Source: Mobula hypostoma (lineage: Eukaryota). Taken from it: a DNA stretch of 64,000 nt. The position numbers and the translations under genes were made by a program. Within the stretch, counting starts at the first letter, position 1. The number at the start of each line of letters is the position of its first letter. The notes beneath the pieces are model-generated. The model was not told where the DNA came from. It saw only the letters and a list, made by a program, of their open reading frames with translations, and made no database searches. Positions 24,803-37,332 of the stretch are shown in pieces. Location of the stretch: positions 48,982,001-49,046,000 of the forward strand of contig NC_086108.1 of the NCBI RefSeq assembly GCF_963921235.1, given 5' to 3'.

Positions 24803-25080
24803 AAAAATGCAGATGACCAAAAGTTGCATTTGTGCACAATTTATATTCATTGATAAGTAACATGGCTTTGTATTAATTATTTTATGTAAAACAACACTGC
24901 ATGCACATTGCAAATGTGATCAGTTTCAGTTGTTATGCAAATATTTTCTGTACTTAGTGTGCACTTACAGCAAGGGTATATACTTATGATATCTAAAATA
25001 CCAATTAAAATGTCCAAGCACATTGAAGTTCAGAGTGGATGGTTTTCAATGTGTTCGTATTTTTGTTGTATTGCAGAAGA

Positions 25081-25178
25081 AATAAAAGTTAGAAAACAGA
25101 TGCGTTTTTGCATAAATTAATACTGATGACAAATAATAAACTCTTTTGCTACCTATTATTTTAGGTCCATTCAATAAA
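25081..25178 (+). promoter_or_regulatory. Candidate DHX9 polyadenylation signals
   Basis: AATAAA at 25081, 25135 and 25173, about 280-370 nt after the stop codon. Confidence 0.55.
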
Positions 25179-25754
25179 TGAACATGTTGCTGCAAATTTA
25201 TTAAAAGGAGCACAAATGGAGAGGTATTGTCACAATGCCTTATGTTAAAGTTATTAACTTATATTAAAATGAATGGATTTTATAAACAGCAGATTACTAC
25301 AGCCAGTTGTGAGTACTGTGCCAGTGAGTCGAGGGAATACGGCAAGTATTCTGTACCAACGAAAATTTCACTTACACCAGTATTTTGGTCAATGCTTATT
25401 CCTCATTCCATATTACTGAAATTTATCGGGTCATGGATTTCATTAGTCTTTGGCCATGATATACCCAAAAAATCTGCTGGTTGGGAATGGGTCATCAGTG
25501 GAGTCATGAGGATTTGTTATTGGGTCCATTGTTCGCATTTTATTAATGATCAATGTCTGAGTTGTAGAACAAAATGTATATTTGCTCATTATACCTAGAA
25601 GCATGTAACATCAGGGTTAGATCTGGCTTGACCACTATAGGCAGATATTTATCTGCAGGGGACTGGATGTGACTGGTCGGCGGTGGATAGTAGTAGAATT
25701 TCAGAGTGGAAAAGATTTTAAAATACTATTCACAAAGACAATGTGAGTGTTGAG

Positions 25755-27439
25755 CATAGAAACATAGAAAATAGGTGCAGGAGTAGGCCATTCGGCCTTT
25801 TGAGCCTGCACTGCCATTCATTATGATCATGGCTGATCATCCAACTCAGAACCCTGTACCAGCCTTCCCTGCATACCCCCTGATCCCTTTAGCCACCAGG
25901 GCCATATTTAACTCCCTCTTAAATATAGCCAATGAACTGGCCTCAACTGTTTCCTGTGGCAGAGAATTCCACAGATTCACCACTCTCTGTGTGAAGAAGT
26001 TTTTCCTAATCTCGGTCCTAAAAGGCTTCCCCTTTATCCTCAAACTGTGACCCCTCGTTCTGGACTTCCCCGACATCGGGAACAATCTTCCTGCATCTAG
26101 CCTGTCCAATCCCTTTAGGATTTTATACGTTTCAATAAGATCCCCCCTCAATCTTCTAAATTCTGACAAATATAAGCCTAGTTGATCCAGTCTTTCATCA
26201 TATTAAAGTCCTGCCATCCCAGGAAGCAATCTGGTGAACCTTCTTTGTACTCCCTCTATGGCAAGGATGTCCTTCCTCAGATTAGGGGACCAAAACTGCA
26301 CACAATACTCCAGGTGTGGTCTCACCAAGGCCTTGTACAACTGCAGTAGTACCTCCCTGCTCCTGTACTTGAATCCTCTTCTATGAATGCCAGCATACCA
26401 TTCGCCTTTTTCACCGCCTGCTGTACCTGCATGCCCACTTTCAATGACTGGTGTATAATGACACCCAGGTCTCGTTGCACCTCCCCTTTTCCTAATTGGC
26501 CACCATTCAGATAATCTGTTTTCCTGTTTTTGCCACCAAAGTGGATGACCTCACATTTATCCACATTAAATTGCATCTGCCATGAATTTGCCCACTCACC
26601 TAACCTACCCAAGTCACTCTGCATCCTCTTAGCATCCTCCTCACAGCTAACACTGCCGCCCAGCTTCGTGTCATCCGCAAACTTGGAGATGCTGCATTTA
26701 ATTCCCTCATCTAAGTCATAAATATATATTGTAAACAACTGTGGTCCCAGCACTGAGCCTTGCGGTACCCCACTAGTCACCGCCTGCCATTCTGAAAAAG
26801 TCCCGTTTATGCCCACTCTTTGCTTCCTGTCTGCCAACCAATTCTCTATCCACATCAATACCTTACCCCCAATACCGTGTGCTTTAAGTTTGCACACTAA
26901 TCTCCTGTGTGGGACTGTCAAAAGCCTTTTGAAAATCCAAATATACCACATCCACTGGTTCTCCCCTATCCACTCTACTAGTTACATCCTCAAAAAATTC
27001 TATGAGATTCATCAGACACGATTTTCCTTTCACAAATCCATGCTGACTTTGTCCGATGATTTCACTGCTTTCCAAATGTGCTGTTATCACATCTTTGATA
27101 ACTGACTCTAGCATCTTCCCCACCACCGATGTTAGGCTAACTGGTCTATAATTCCCCGGTTTCTCTCTCCCTCCTTTTTTAAAAAGTGGGGTTACATTAG
27201 CCACCCTCTAGTCCTCAGGAACTAGTCCAGAATCTAAAGAGTTTTGAAAAATTATCACTAATGCATCCACTCTGGGATGCAGACCATCTGGCCCTGGGGA
27301 TTTATCTGCCTTTAATCCCCTCAATTCACCTAACACCACTTCCCTACTAACATGTATTTCCCTCAGTTTCTCCATCTCACTGGACCCTCTGTCCCCTACT
27401 ATTTCTGGAAGATTATTTATGTCCTCCTTAGTGAAGACA
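25755..27439 (-). mobile_element. 5'-truncated young CR1 LINE (same family as the 44189-47067 and 51506-56040 copies)
   Basis: Near-identical RT sequence; (TTTCTATG)n 3' tail at 25755; several small deletions. Confidence 0.95.
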
Positions 27440-28301
27440 TGAAGACATCTGGGCACTCTGGACTAAAAGGTTGTTTGAAAAAGAGATCTAGGCATTATTG
27501 TGCATGGACCTCAAATGATTCATGGTCATTGCTGTGGCAATGAGTATTTAGGAGAGGTTCAGTGGAAACCAAAGCCTTTTTTACTTTTGACATTCAGTGT
27601 TGACCTTGCAGTAGACAATCAATTTTGGTTTCCCTTAAAGCTGGGTGATAGTAAATAATTGGAAAGGTGCTGAGGCAGCTACACAGCATTAAAGTTATCA
27701 GGGTAGACACAATAGAGTGGTCTGTATGTCCTGAGAAGCATAGATCTAGTGACTTTTGATTCCATCAGATGATACACAACTTTTCAGTTTATTTTCTGTA
27801 TCATTGCATTTTAAAGATCCATTCCCTACAATTTCCCTGTAAGTCTCCCTGAAAAGGAATTGCTTCCAGCTTTTCCAGCAGGTTATCATTCTAGGGAATC
27901 TGAGATTTACCCAATCTGAAAATTTTGTACCACAGTTTTGCCAGACACTTAACATTTTTCTGTCCTTGTGATTTTATATTTCTAACTTTTATATTATTTA
28001 CAGTTAGTTATAGTAATCGAAAACTACACTAAAACAGGCCATTTGGCCCATGCCGAACCATTTAAATTGCCTAGTCCCATTGACCTGCACCTGGATCATA
28101 GCTTTGCATCCATGCACCTATCGAAATATCTCGGTAAAGTTAATAGAGTAGTTAGGAACATGTCAACCCAAGCCACATTAAAAGACTGGCTGAAACTTTT
28201 CAAAGTAGTCATTATTTACTTGATCCATATTTATAGATTCTAGTAACTTCCAATGAATATTAAGTGGTTTATCCATGATACATACACTTAACTCATTCGT
28301 G

Positions 28302-28332
<31 letters not shown>
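28302..28332. repeat. Compound (CT)n(CA)n microsatellite
   Basis: ctctctctct...cacacacac. Confidence 0.85.
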
Positions 28333-30773
28333 TCTCACTCCAGGCCTTACAGAATCTGGTAGGTTTCAATGAGCAAATTATAATTGAGCAAAAATTGTAG
28401 AATTTCGCTGTCAATGATATCAAATACTCTTGAGGTACTTGATTTGGAAGGTTTGGATAGTGTGAACGTAGAAAAGATGTTCTATTAGTAGGAGTGTGCC
28501 AGAATAGAGATTAAGCCAGAGGATGACGAATCTGTGGAATTTGTTGCTACAGAGTGATGTGGAGATCAAATAATTGGGTGCATGTAATGCAGAGATTGAT
28601 AATTTCTTGATTGGTAAAGGGGTTGAGTGTTACAGGACGAAGACAGGAGAATGAGATTGGGGGTAAAAACGGCAAAAATTGCAAAGCAAATTCAATAGGA
28701 AGAATAGCCTAATCTTGCTCTTATATGTTATGGTCTAACACCAAGTCACAGACCCAATTGCAATCTTAAACTCAATCACAGACACCAACATGATGCCTAA
28801 ACTACAGGCCCAACCCAGTCACCCATTGCCTATTCCTGTCTAGCTGTCTAACTCTGCTACTGCAGACTTTCACACTGCTAACTCGCCATCCTCAATCTCC
28901 AGACACTAGTCGCCAACTGAGGTCTCCAGTTTCACATATAGGGACAATCACAAGTGACAGGTTCCTGTTTTTAAATCAAGGTTCAACCCCTGGTCACTGT
29001 TCTAGGCTTATTGTCAACTCCAGATTCTCACCCCAGTCCTAAACTAAGGCCTCAACTGCACATCTAGCCTGGCTGTTACATCACACTCAATCAAAATCCC
29101 AACTCGAGGCCCAATTATACCCAGCCATAGGTCCTAATTTCAGACTACAATCCCTTATTTCATACCTGAGCTATGGCTTTTCTCCTTGGAGCAGAGGAGG
29201 ATGAGAGGTAAGCTGATGTGTGTAAGAGGCATAGAGTGGTTAATCGGTGCCTTCTTCTCAGGGCAGAAATGGCTAATGAGAGGCCACAATTTTAAGGTGA
29301 TTGGAGACAAGTATAGAAGGGATGCAAGTGGCAGTTTTTTTTTTCCACACACAGGATGGTGGGTGTGTAGAACACTACCAGGATGTAAGCAAAATGGAGG
29401 CCTGTGTAGGATGGAAGGGTTAGATTGATTGGTCAAAAGATCAGCACAATATCATGGGCCAAAGGGCTGTGCTGTACTCTACTGTTGGATGTTCTGTATT
29501 ATTGAAGGGGTTGACTTATGAAACAAATATTTGTGAAAGCACAATGTTCTGGTTAATTCTATCCTGATTCAATAAATTAAGCAGTTTTGTTGTTTGTTTT
29601 CTTTAATTTTGAATTCCATGACTGTTCTTGTTTAACTGAATTGGTAATGAACAGCCAACAAATTGATGAAATTGTAATCTTCAACTGAACTGGGCATTAT
29701 CTGTAGTTATCAGCTTCTTAACTTGTGGTTGAACCAATTAAGTATCTTCTGTAAATGTTTGCAATATTCATTCAGTGATGGGAACCATTGCCCAGTTCTT
29801 GCTGGAAGAGTTGAGATATGATTTTAAAATATAATCCAGGATCTACATCATTAAGTTTTATTTGACATTTGTGGTGTACCTATAATATTACAGAAACAAT
29901 TATCATTTGAATTCAAAAATCAGTTTACTGATCAATTATAATCACTTGCATTTTGAATGTCAGAAGTAGTAGATGTAATAAGGCAGCTTTAAATCAATAA
30001 GACTTATTGATACAGATTTATTTCAAATTTGTAAATAATCTTCAAAGTTTGGTAATTCTGCAGAGGTTTAATACCTAAATACATTGCTCATAAGGCAGTC
30101 TCAATAGACACCACAATTCAAACATCATTGAATGAAATAAGTACATACTCCATTATACCCTTAAATATAACTACAAACTGTACTGAAAAGTACATTATTT
30201 CATTGGTTGATGGTTAGTACTTTTAGATGTTAGGCTGCAAAGACCTTTATTTAGCTTCAGGGCTTCAGGTTATGTCTGTGTGGATGAATCTGAGACATTC
30301 TTTGGTTTGGCTGTTTTTTCTCCCTCTGAAAATCAGTACCATTTCAATGCCTTTGTACATGTTTGTAACAAATTCTAAATGTTCAACCTTTCTGCTCCTA
30401 AATATAAACATTGAATCAAACGAGTGTGGAAAGATCATAAACTCGGGTGGCAAAGGGAATTTGCAAGTAAACAATCGGCTTTAAATATATATATATTTTC
30501 CTAAAGCTTGCAGCAGAAAGCTGGAAACTTAAACAGGTTTAAAGCACAGATTAAGGAAGTTCCCGACATACTGACAGAGAAGTTAGTTTACATAGTTTTG
30601 TATACTGAACTATTGACTTACTTTTGATTTGTTTTTAATTTATATCTGAGCTGTATGCCTTTCTTAAACAATGTACTTTCTGCAAATAAGATGAAACAAA
30701 TTGTCAACAAAATTCTAAATTGAGTTTGGCTCAAGGCAAATTGATTAGAATTTCTAACCTTATATTAGCATAA

Positions 30774-31019
30774 TTAATGAACAATTACACCTATTTCTCC
30801 CATTGAATTGTTTTCAAATTTATTATTGGTCATTTCAAGACTCAAATTCTGTATTGCTTTCACAAGATCATCTCTTTTGTCACCTCCTGCAGCACACTCC
30901 AATACACCTTCATCTGCATCATGGCAATGTCTACCATCTGGCTGAATTATGGTAATACCATAGCCATTATTGGAGTGAACATAATTATTATGGAGTTTCA
31001 GTTTTGGTGGTGGCAGAAC
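30774..31019 (-). CDS. SHCBP1L: SHCBP1L terminal coding exon (parallel beta-helix C-terminus)
   Basis: ttttctttcag acceptor on the minus strand; VLPPPKLKLHNNYVHSNNGYGITIIQPDGRHCHDADEGVLECAAGGDKRDDLVKAIQNLSLEMTNNKFENNSMGEIGVIVH*, resembling the recalled SHCBP1L C-terminus; SHCBP1L is the convergent neighbour of DHX9 in mammals. Confidence 0.88.
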   Translation of the reverse strand, partial: VLPPPKLKLHNNYVHSNNGYGITIIQPDGRHCHDADEGVLECAAGGDKRDDLVKAIQNLSLEMTNNKFENNSMGEIGVIVH

Positions 31020-31789
31020 CTGAAAGAAAAGTTTTCATACAATTAAATATCAGGTGATGTCTCAGGACTCCCCTCAACCACATCCATAATCTTTATGGAA
31101 ACTTTCCCTCTTGCCAAACAAATGAATATTGATTAGAGTAAACCATCTCAAGATATTTCACATATTCATAATTGAAGAATGAGAAATGGGTCACAGAATT
31201 TGGTTGTTTTGTACCAGCAGAAATGTCCACTGACCTCCACTAACACCACATTATTAACAAAAAGAGAGCTTAAAGCTTTGAGCCCCACCCTCACCCCATT
31301 TTAGCAATATTTAAAGGATCAATTAAAAGTTAATTACTGACTTAACAACTGCTCTATAGAAATCAGATTCTTGTAAATTTATAAACTTTGAAAATATTAA
31401 AAGTGAATTACTTGACAGGAATTGGTCTGTCACGTTCGGTAAGTTTTAAGTTTTCTGTAGTACTCAGCTGTCAGGAGATTTTGGGTGTTTCAGAGCCCTT
31501 CTTGGGAGTGCAGTACAACAAGGAGAATGAAAGAGCATTCTCTGGGTAACCTCCTGGAAGAGGAAGGTAGTTTGGGTGCTCAGCAAGAAGCCACAGCCAT
31601 CAAAGGTCTTTCAATAAACTTGATTCTGATCTAGCTGCTTCCCAGTCGGTAAATGAGATTCTCAAACATGCCCTGTGCAATGGTTATAATTATTGCTACA
31701 CAAGCTTTATCCATACGTATTATTCTCAAGATTACTCCTAGTGTCAAATGCAAGTTATTAGTATGGAGATAAATCCTATTGATATGACT

Positions 31790-32930
31790 TGAGATATAAT
31801 GTAATGAGGCAGGGGAGGAGATTTGGATTCCTTATGTCAGAACTGCTTCTGGGAGATGGGGTCAATTCAAACTGGTCCCAAGCTACCCTGGGACCAATGT
31901 CCTGCGAGCACTGTTAGAACAGTAGTGTTTGCTAGTGTTGTCCAAGATATTTGAATGGCAGGGGGTATGGAATTTGAACAGGGAGATAGTAGATGGGAAG
32001 ACAAAAAAAAAACAACCAAAAATATAAGGTAAAAGTAGAAGAGCAGGAGGCAAATAGAGTCACAAAATAAATGTTATTATTGTTAAAAGGGCAAGTGGGA
32101 AGGCATTGTCTCTAAATATGAATTAACTAAATTTAAATAGCTTTGATTATTGTTGCTCTTTTGGAGATGTCGCTGCAGGGAGTGAAGAATGGAAGATCCA
32201 GATTTGTTATTATTTAGGAAGGAAAGGCATAAAGGGATAGAAGATGGGGTGACATTTCAGTAAAGTGGGAAATCAGTATGATAGTGGACAAAGATGTTGC
32301 CTGTCAACATCAAGATGTGGAATCATTCTGGGTGGGGGTTGTCTACAAGTCTCATCATGTTGATGTAGGGGCTGAAATAAGTAATTAGAAATGCAACTAG
32401 CAAGTGTTCAATATCACTTTGGGTGACTTTAATCTGTGAACATATTTGTCAAACCAAATTGTCAATGATACTGTGGAAGAGAAATTTCTGAACTACTTAC
32501 ATGGTGTTTATTGAGGTCAATATATTAAGGACACAAATAATAAGAAAACTTAAATGAACTCTAGTTGGATGAATGTGCAATGAGGAACAAATAATTAACA
32601 ATCTAGTTCCATGGTACCTTGGGGAAAAAATAATCACAATATATTAAGACAGTGTGTGAAATCATTGAATTAGAATTGAGGATCCTGAATCTGAACAAAG
32701 GAAATGACAAAGCCATGATGCACAAGATAGGAACTTTATTAAATGGATCAATGTGGAATAGCCATATGCAATATTTTAGATGTTTTATCTGAAGTACATT
32801 TCAGAATGCATAGAACTAAGTCACAAAAGAGGGCATATTTATGGGTTAAGAAGGGAATTAAGGATATTATTAGAATCAAACGGGTGATATATGAATTGCC
32901 AGGAAAAACAGTAAACTTGAGGATTAGGGG
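31790..32930 (+). mobile_element. Highly decayed CR1 (ORF1 end and endonuclease region), continuing at about 35470-35620
   Basis: Degenerate gggaccaatgtcct, gatgtggaatcattctggg and ggtgactttaatct matches to CR1. Confidence 0.55.
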
Positions 32931-35005
32931 CATAGAACATAGAATAGTACAGCACAGTACAGGCCCTTTGGCCCACAATGTTGTGCTGACCCTTAAACCC
33001 TGCCTCCCATATAAGCCCCCAACCTAAATTGCTCCATATACCTGTCCAGTAGTCTCTTAAACTTCACTAGTGTATCTGCCTCCACCACCGACTCAGGCAG
33101 TGCATTCCACGCACCAACCACTCTCTGAGTAAAAAGCATTCCTCTAATATCCCCCTTGAACTTCCCACCCCTTACCTTAAAGCCATGTCCTCTTGCATTG
33201 AGCAGTGGTGCCCTGGGGAAGAGGCGCTGGCTATCCACTCTATCTATTCCTCTTATTATCTTGTACACCTCTATCATGTCTCCTCTCATCCTCCTCCTCT
33301 CCAAAGAGTTAAGCCCTAGCTCCCTTAATCTCTGATCATAATGCATACTTTCTAAACCAGGCAGCATCCTGGTAAATCTCCTCTGTACCCTTTCCAATGC
33401 TTCCACATCCTTCCTATAGTGAGGTGACCAGAACTGGACACAGTACTCCAAGTGTGGCCTAACCAGAGTTTTATAGAGCTGCATCATTACATCGCGACTC
33501 TTAAACTCTATCCCTCGACTTATGAAAGCTAACACTCCATAAGCTTTCTTAACTACCCTATCCACCTGTGAGGCAACTTACAGGGATCTGTGGACACGTA
33601 CCCCCAGATCCCTCTGCTCCTCCACACTACCAAGTATCCTGCCATTTACTTTATACTCTGCCTTGGAGTTTGTCCTTCCAAAGTGTACCACCTCTCACTT
33701 CTCCAGATTGAACTCCATCTGCCACTTCTCAGCCCATGTCTGCATCCTATCAATGTCTCTCTGCAATCTTTGACAATCCTCTACACTATCTACAACACCA
33801 CCAACCTTTGTATCGTCTACAAACTTGTCAACCCACCCTTCTACCCCCACAACGAGATCGTTAATAAAAAATCATGAAAAGTAGAGGTCCCAGAACAGAT
33901 CCTTGCGGGACACCACTAGTCACAATCCTCCAATCTGAATGTACTCCCTCCACCACCACCCTCTGCCTTCTGCAGGCAAGCCAATTCTGAATCCGCCGGG
34001 CCAAACTTCCCTGGATCCCATGCCTTCTGACTTTCTGAATAAGCCTACCGTGTGGAACCTTGTCAAATGCCTTACTAAAATCCATATAGATCACATCTAC
34101 TACACTACCCTCATCTATATGCCTGGTCACCTCCTCAAAGAACTCTATTAAGCTTGTTAGACACATTCTGCCCTTCACAAAGCCATGCTGACTGTCCCTG
34201 ATCGGACCATGATTCTCTAAATGCCCATAGATCCTATCTCTAAGAATCTTTTCCAACAGCTTTCCCACCACAGACATAAGGCTCACTGGTCTATAATTAC
34301 CTGGACTATCCCTACTACCTTTTTTGAACAAGGGGACAACATTCGCCTCCCTCCAATCCTCCAGTACCATTCCTGTGGACAACGAGGACATAAAGATCCT
34401 AGCCAGAGGCTCAGCAATCTCTTCTCGCTTCGTGGAGCAGCCTGGGGAATATTTCATCAGGCCCCAGGGACTTATCCATCCTAATGTATTTTAACAACTG
34501 CAATACCTCCTCTCCCTTAATATCAACATGCTCCAGAACATCAACCTCACTCATATTGTCCTCACCATCATCAAGTTCCCTCTCATTGGTGAATACCGAA
34601 GAGAAGTATTCATTGAGGACCTCGCTCACTTCCACAGCCTCCAGGCATATCTTCCCACCTTTATCTCTAATCGGTCCTACCTTCACTCGTGTCATCCTTT
34701 TTTTCTTCACATAATTGAAGAATGCCTTGGGGTTTTCCTTTACCCTACTCGCCAAGGCCTTCTCATGCCCCCTTCTTGCTCTTCTCAGCCCCTTCTTAAA
34801 CTCCTTTCTTGCTTCCCTATATTCCTCAATAGACCCATCTGATCCTTGCTTCCTAAACCTCATGTATGCTGCCTTCTTCCACCTGACTAGATTTTCCACC
34901 TCACTTGTCACCCATGGTTCCTTCACCCTACCATTCTTTATCTTCCTCACCAGGACAAATTTATCCCTAACATCCTGCAAGAGATCTCTAAACATCGACC
35001 ACATG
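32931..35005 (-). mobile_element. 5'-truncated CR1 LINE ORF2 (second family)
   Basis: ORFs 34411-35052, 33861-34457 and 32993-33565 carry RT motifs (NYRPVSL, DFSKAFD, GVPQGSVLGP, RPHLEYC); tail at 32931. Confidence 0.92.
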
Positions 35006-35009
35006 TCCC

Positions 35010-35360
35010 TTCTGCACCACTGGGTCAGACTCAGTGCCAGAGGCCCTGCCACCGTGGCTCACACCTGGTCGGTCATCCCCGCCAACAGTATCCAGGACAG
35101 TAAACTTATTATTCAGGGGAATGGCTACAGGGGTGCTCTGCTCACCCAACGACCTGCTTCCGACAGCCTAGGTGTGACTACCTCCCTGTAGCTCTCATCT
35201 ATGACTGCCTCATTCTCCCTCATGAGTCGAAGGTCATCCAGCTGCTGCTCCAGATTCCTTATACGGTCTTCCAGATCGCCCAGCCATATGCACTTCTGGC
35301 AGATGTGACTCTGCGGGAGAGGGGAACTCCCCCAAGAGAATTCTCACATGAGAGGCACAT
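35010..35360 (-). mobile_element. CR1 ORF1 fragment
   Basis: Minus strand encodes HICQKC..LEQQLDDLRL..REVVTP, like the other ORF1 copies. Confidence 0.65.
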
Positions 35361-35624
35361 CACCGTCTCAGGAGACATTGTAAAGACTAACTGCAAGCAA
35401 GCTTGTCCTCCGCTTCTTCTCGTTGAAGCCTCTCAAAGCTCCACTCCTTCACTGGCCGCTTTGTAATTCAGTTTGTAATTCAGCAAAAAATAAACAAATT
35501 GAAAGGAAGGCAAATGTATTATGAGAACAAACTTGCAGGTAACATAAAAACTCATCAAAATAACTTGTATAAATATGTGAAGAAAAAAGGTTAATAAAGA
35601 TCAATTTAGATCCTTTATAGTGGG

Positions 35625-36450
35625 GTAACATAATTGTAATGTGACGAAAACCAAGTTATCAGAAGATGAGAGAGCGATAAGGGAGACAATGGAGAAACAT
35701 TCAAAATGCTAATAAGAGAGAAGAGAGAGATTAACGAGAAAGAAACACATTTCAGATATTGACAGACCGATTGCTTTGAACCTGAACCGTTTGAAGTTTG
35801 GTGGACAGGCAATACTCCAGGGGATAAAAAGAACATGTTTGCTAAGGCACGACCCACACCACGAGATAACGAGACCCTGGAAGAGCGGTGTGCCCCCACA
35901 AGTTGATGGAAGTTTGGAGGTCTGGTCGCGGGAACCGACCATAGACGCACAGGGTGAAATGGGTACGATCGGTGGGAAGCTGGTGTGTGTGTCCGCCCTT
36001 GCCTGGGTGCCGGGTTCACCGCGGAAGAACGGTCGTATCCGGAACGGAGGGGTCACAGTCAGTGACCACAGAAAACATAAAAAGGGTTCGCCCAAAAGCT
36101 AACTGCGAAGAACATCAAAGGTCTGTTTGAATAAAAATTTTCATTCTCTCTCTCTCTCCAATGGCACAACAGCGATTACTGCGAGCTGTACTAAGCTGAA
36201 CTGAACTCTGTGTCACTTAAGACTGATCATTTTACCCCTAGACTGCGATAGCGCTTGGTTGATTCCTATTACCCAGGTTCTGTGTACATGGGTGTTTTAT
36301 CATTGCTAACCTGTTGCATTTATATCCTTACGATTAGAGTACTGTGTTACTTATTTCTTTAATAAAACTTTATTAGTTTCTGTTAAACCAGACTCCAACT
36401 AAGTGGTCCATTTCTGCTGGTTTGGCAACCCAGTTACGGGGTACGTAACA
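35625..36450 (+). mobile_element. Probable LTR (partial or solo) of an LTR retrotransposon
   Basis: Non-coding CpG-containing block with AATAAA at 36361, ending ...ggggtacgtaACA; the 5' TG end is not clearly seen. Confidence 0.5.
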
Positions 36451-36454
36451 GTAA

Positions 36455-36555
36455 CCACAACTGATATACAACATATCAAGGGGAAATATAATCCCATGGT
36501 TGACTGCCTCTCAGAGCCAGCCATTGAGGCCATACACATAGGGGTTGACTATGTG
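36455..36555 (+). mobile_element. Gypsy-type pol fragment (end of RNase H)
   Basis: TTDIQHIKGKYNPMVDCLS resembles the DI.H..GK.N..AD.LS motif. Confidence 0.6.
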
Positions 36556-36569
36556 TATGTTGATTTCAG

Positions 36570-37330
36570 CTTATACAGGAGAGTGAGGAGATGATCTGAG
36601 TTACAGGGAAATGTAGTCACCCCGAAGTTGCAGGAGGCAAGTAGCTGGGTGACTGTCAGGAGAAATGGAAATGTCAATAGGCAGTTAGTGCAGAGCACCC
36701 CTTTGGTCATTCTCAAAAAAAAGTATATAGTTTTGGATACTGTTGTAGGAGACGAACTTCCAGTGGAATGCCAGAGACCAGGTTGCTGGCACTGAGCATG
36801 AGTCCATGGTGCAGAAGGTAAAGAGGGAGAAGAGGGGAGTGGTAGTGATAGGGGGCTCAATTGTCAGGAAAAGAAAGGAGATTCTGTAGATGTGAATGGA
36901 ACATCTTGATGGTATGTTGCCTCCCAGGTGCCAGTGTCACAGATATTTCTGATCATGTCCACGGCATTTTTGAGAGGGAGGGAGAATAACCAAGTCTTCT
37001 GGTAAATATTGGTACCAATGACATAGGAATAAAAAGCAATGAGGTCTTGAAGAGAGAATTTAGAGAGCTATGTAGGAAGCTGAGAAGCAGGACCTCCAGG
37101 ATAGTAATTTCTGGATTACTACCTGTGCCACTTGCCACTAAGGTTAGAAACAGGATGATTTGGCAATCGGATATGTGGCTGAGAAGCTAGTGCAGGGGGC
37201 AGGATTTCAGATTCTTGGATCATGGGGATCTCTTCTGGGAGAAGTATGACCTGTACAAAAGGAATGGGTTGTACCTGAACCCCAGAGAGACCAATATTCT
37301 TGCAGGCAGGTTTATTAGAGCTGTTGGGGA
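36570..37330 (+). mobile_element. CR1 ORF1 (esterase) fragment, resuming at about 40044-40085 after a nested CR1
   Basis: IGTNDIG, VISGLLPVP and TNILAGRFIRAVG|EGLN* read across the insertion. Confidence 0.8.
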
Positions 37331-37332
37331 AG

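Noticed and set aside
23721..24913. Long overlapping ORFs (379-aa Val-rich on +; 359-aa Thr-rich, Pro-rich and His-rich on -)
   Set aside because: They are alternative-frame shadows of the GGT-rich DHX9 repeat, which rarely produces stop codons; there is no independent coding evidence.
30227..30484. Short opposing ORFs downstream of the SHCBP1L stop
   Set aside because: No recognisable homology or splice context; probably 3' UTR or intergenic DNA.
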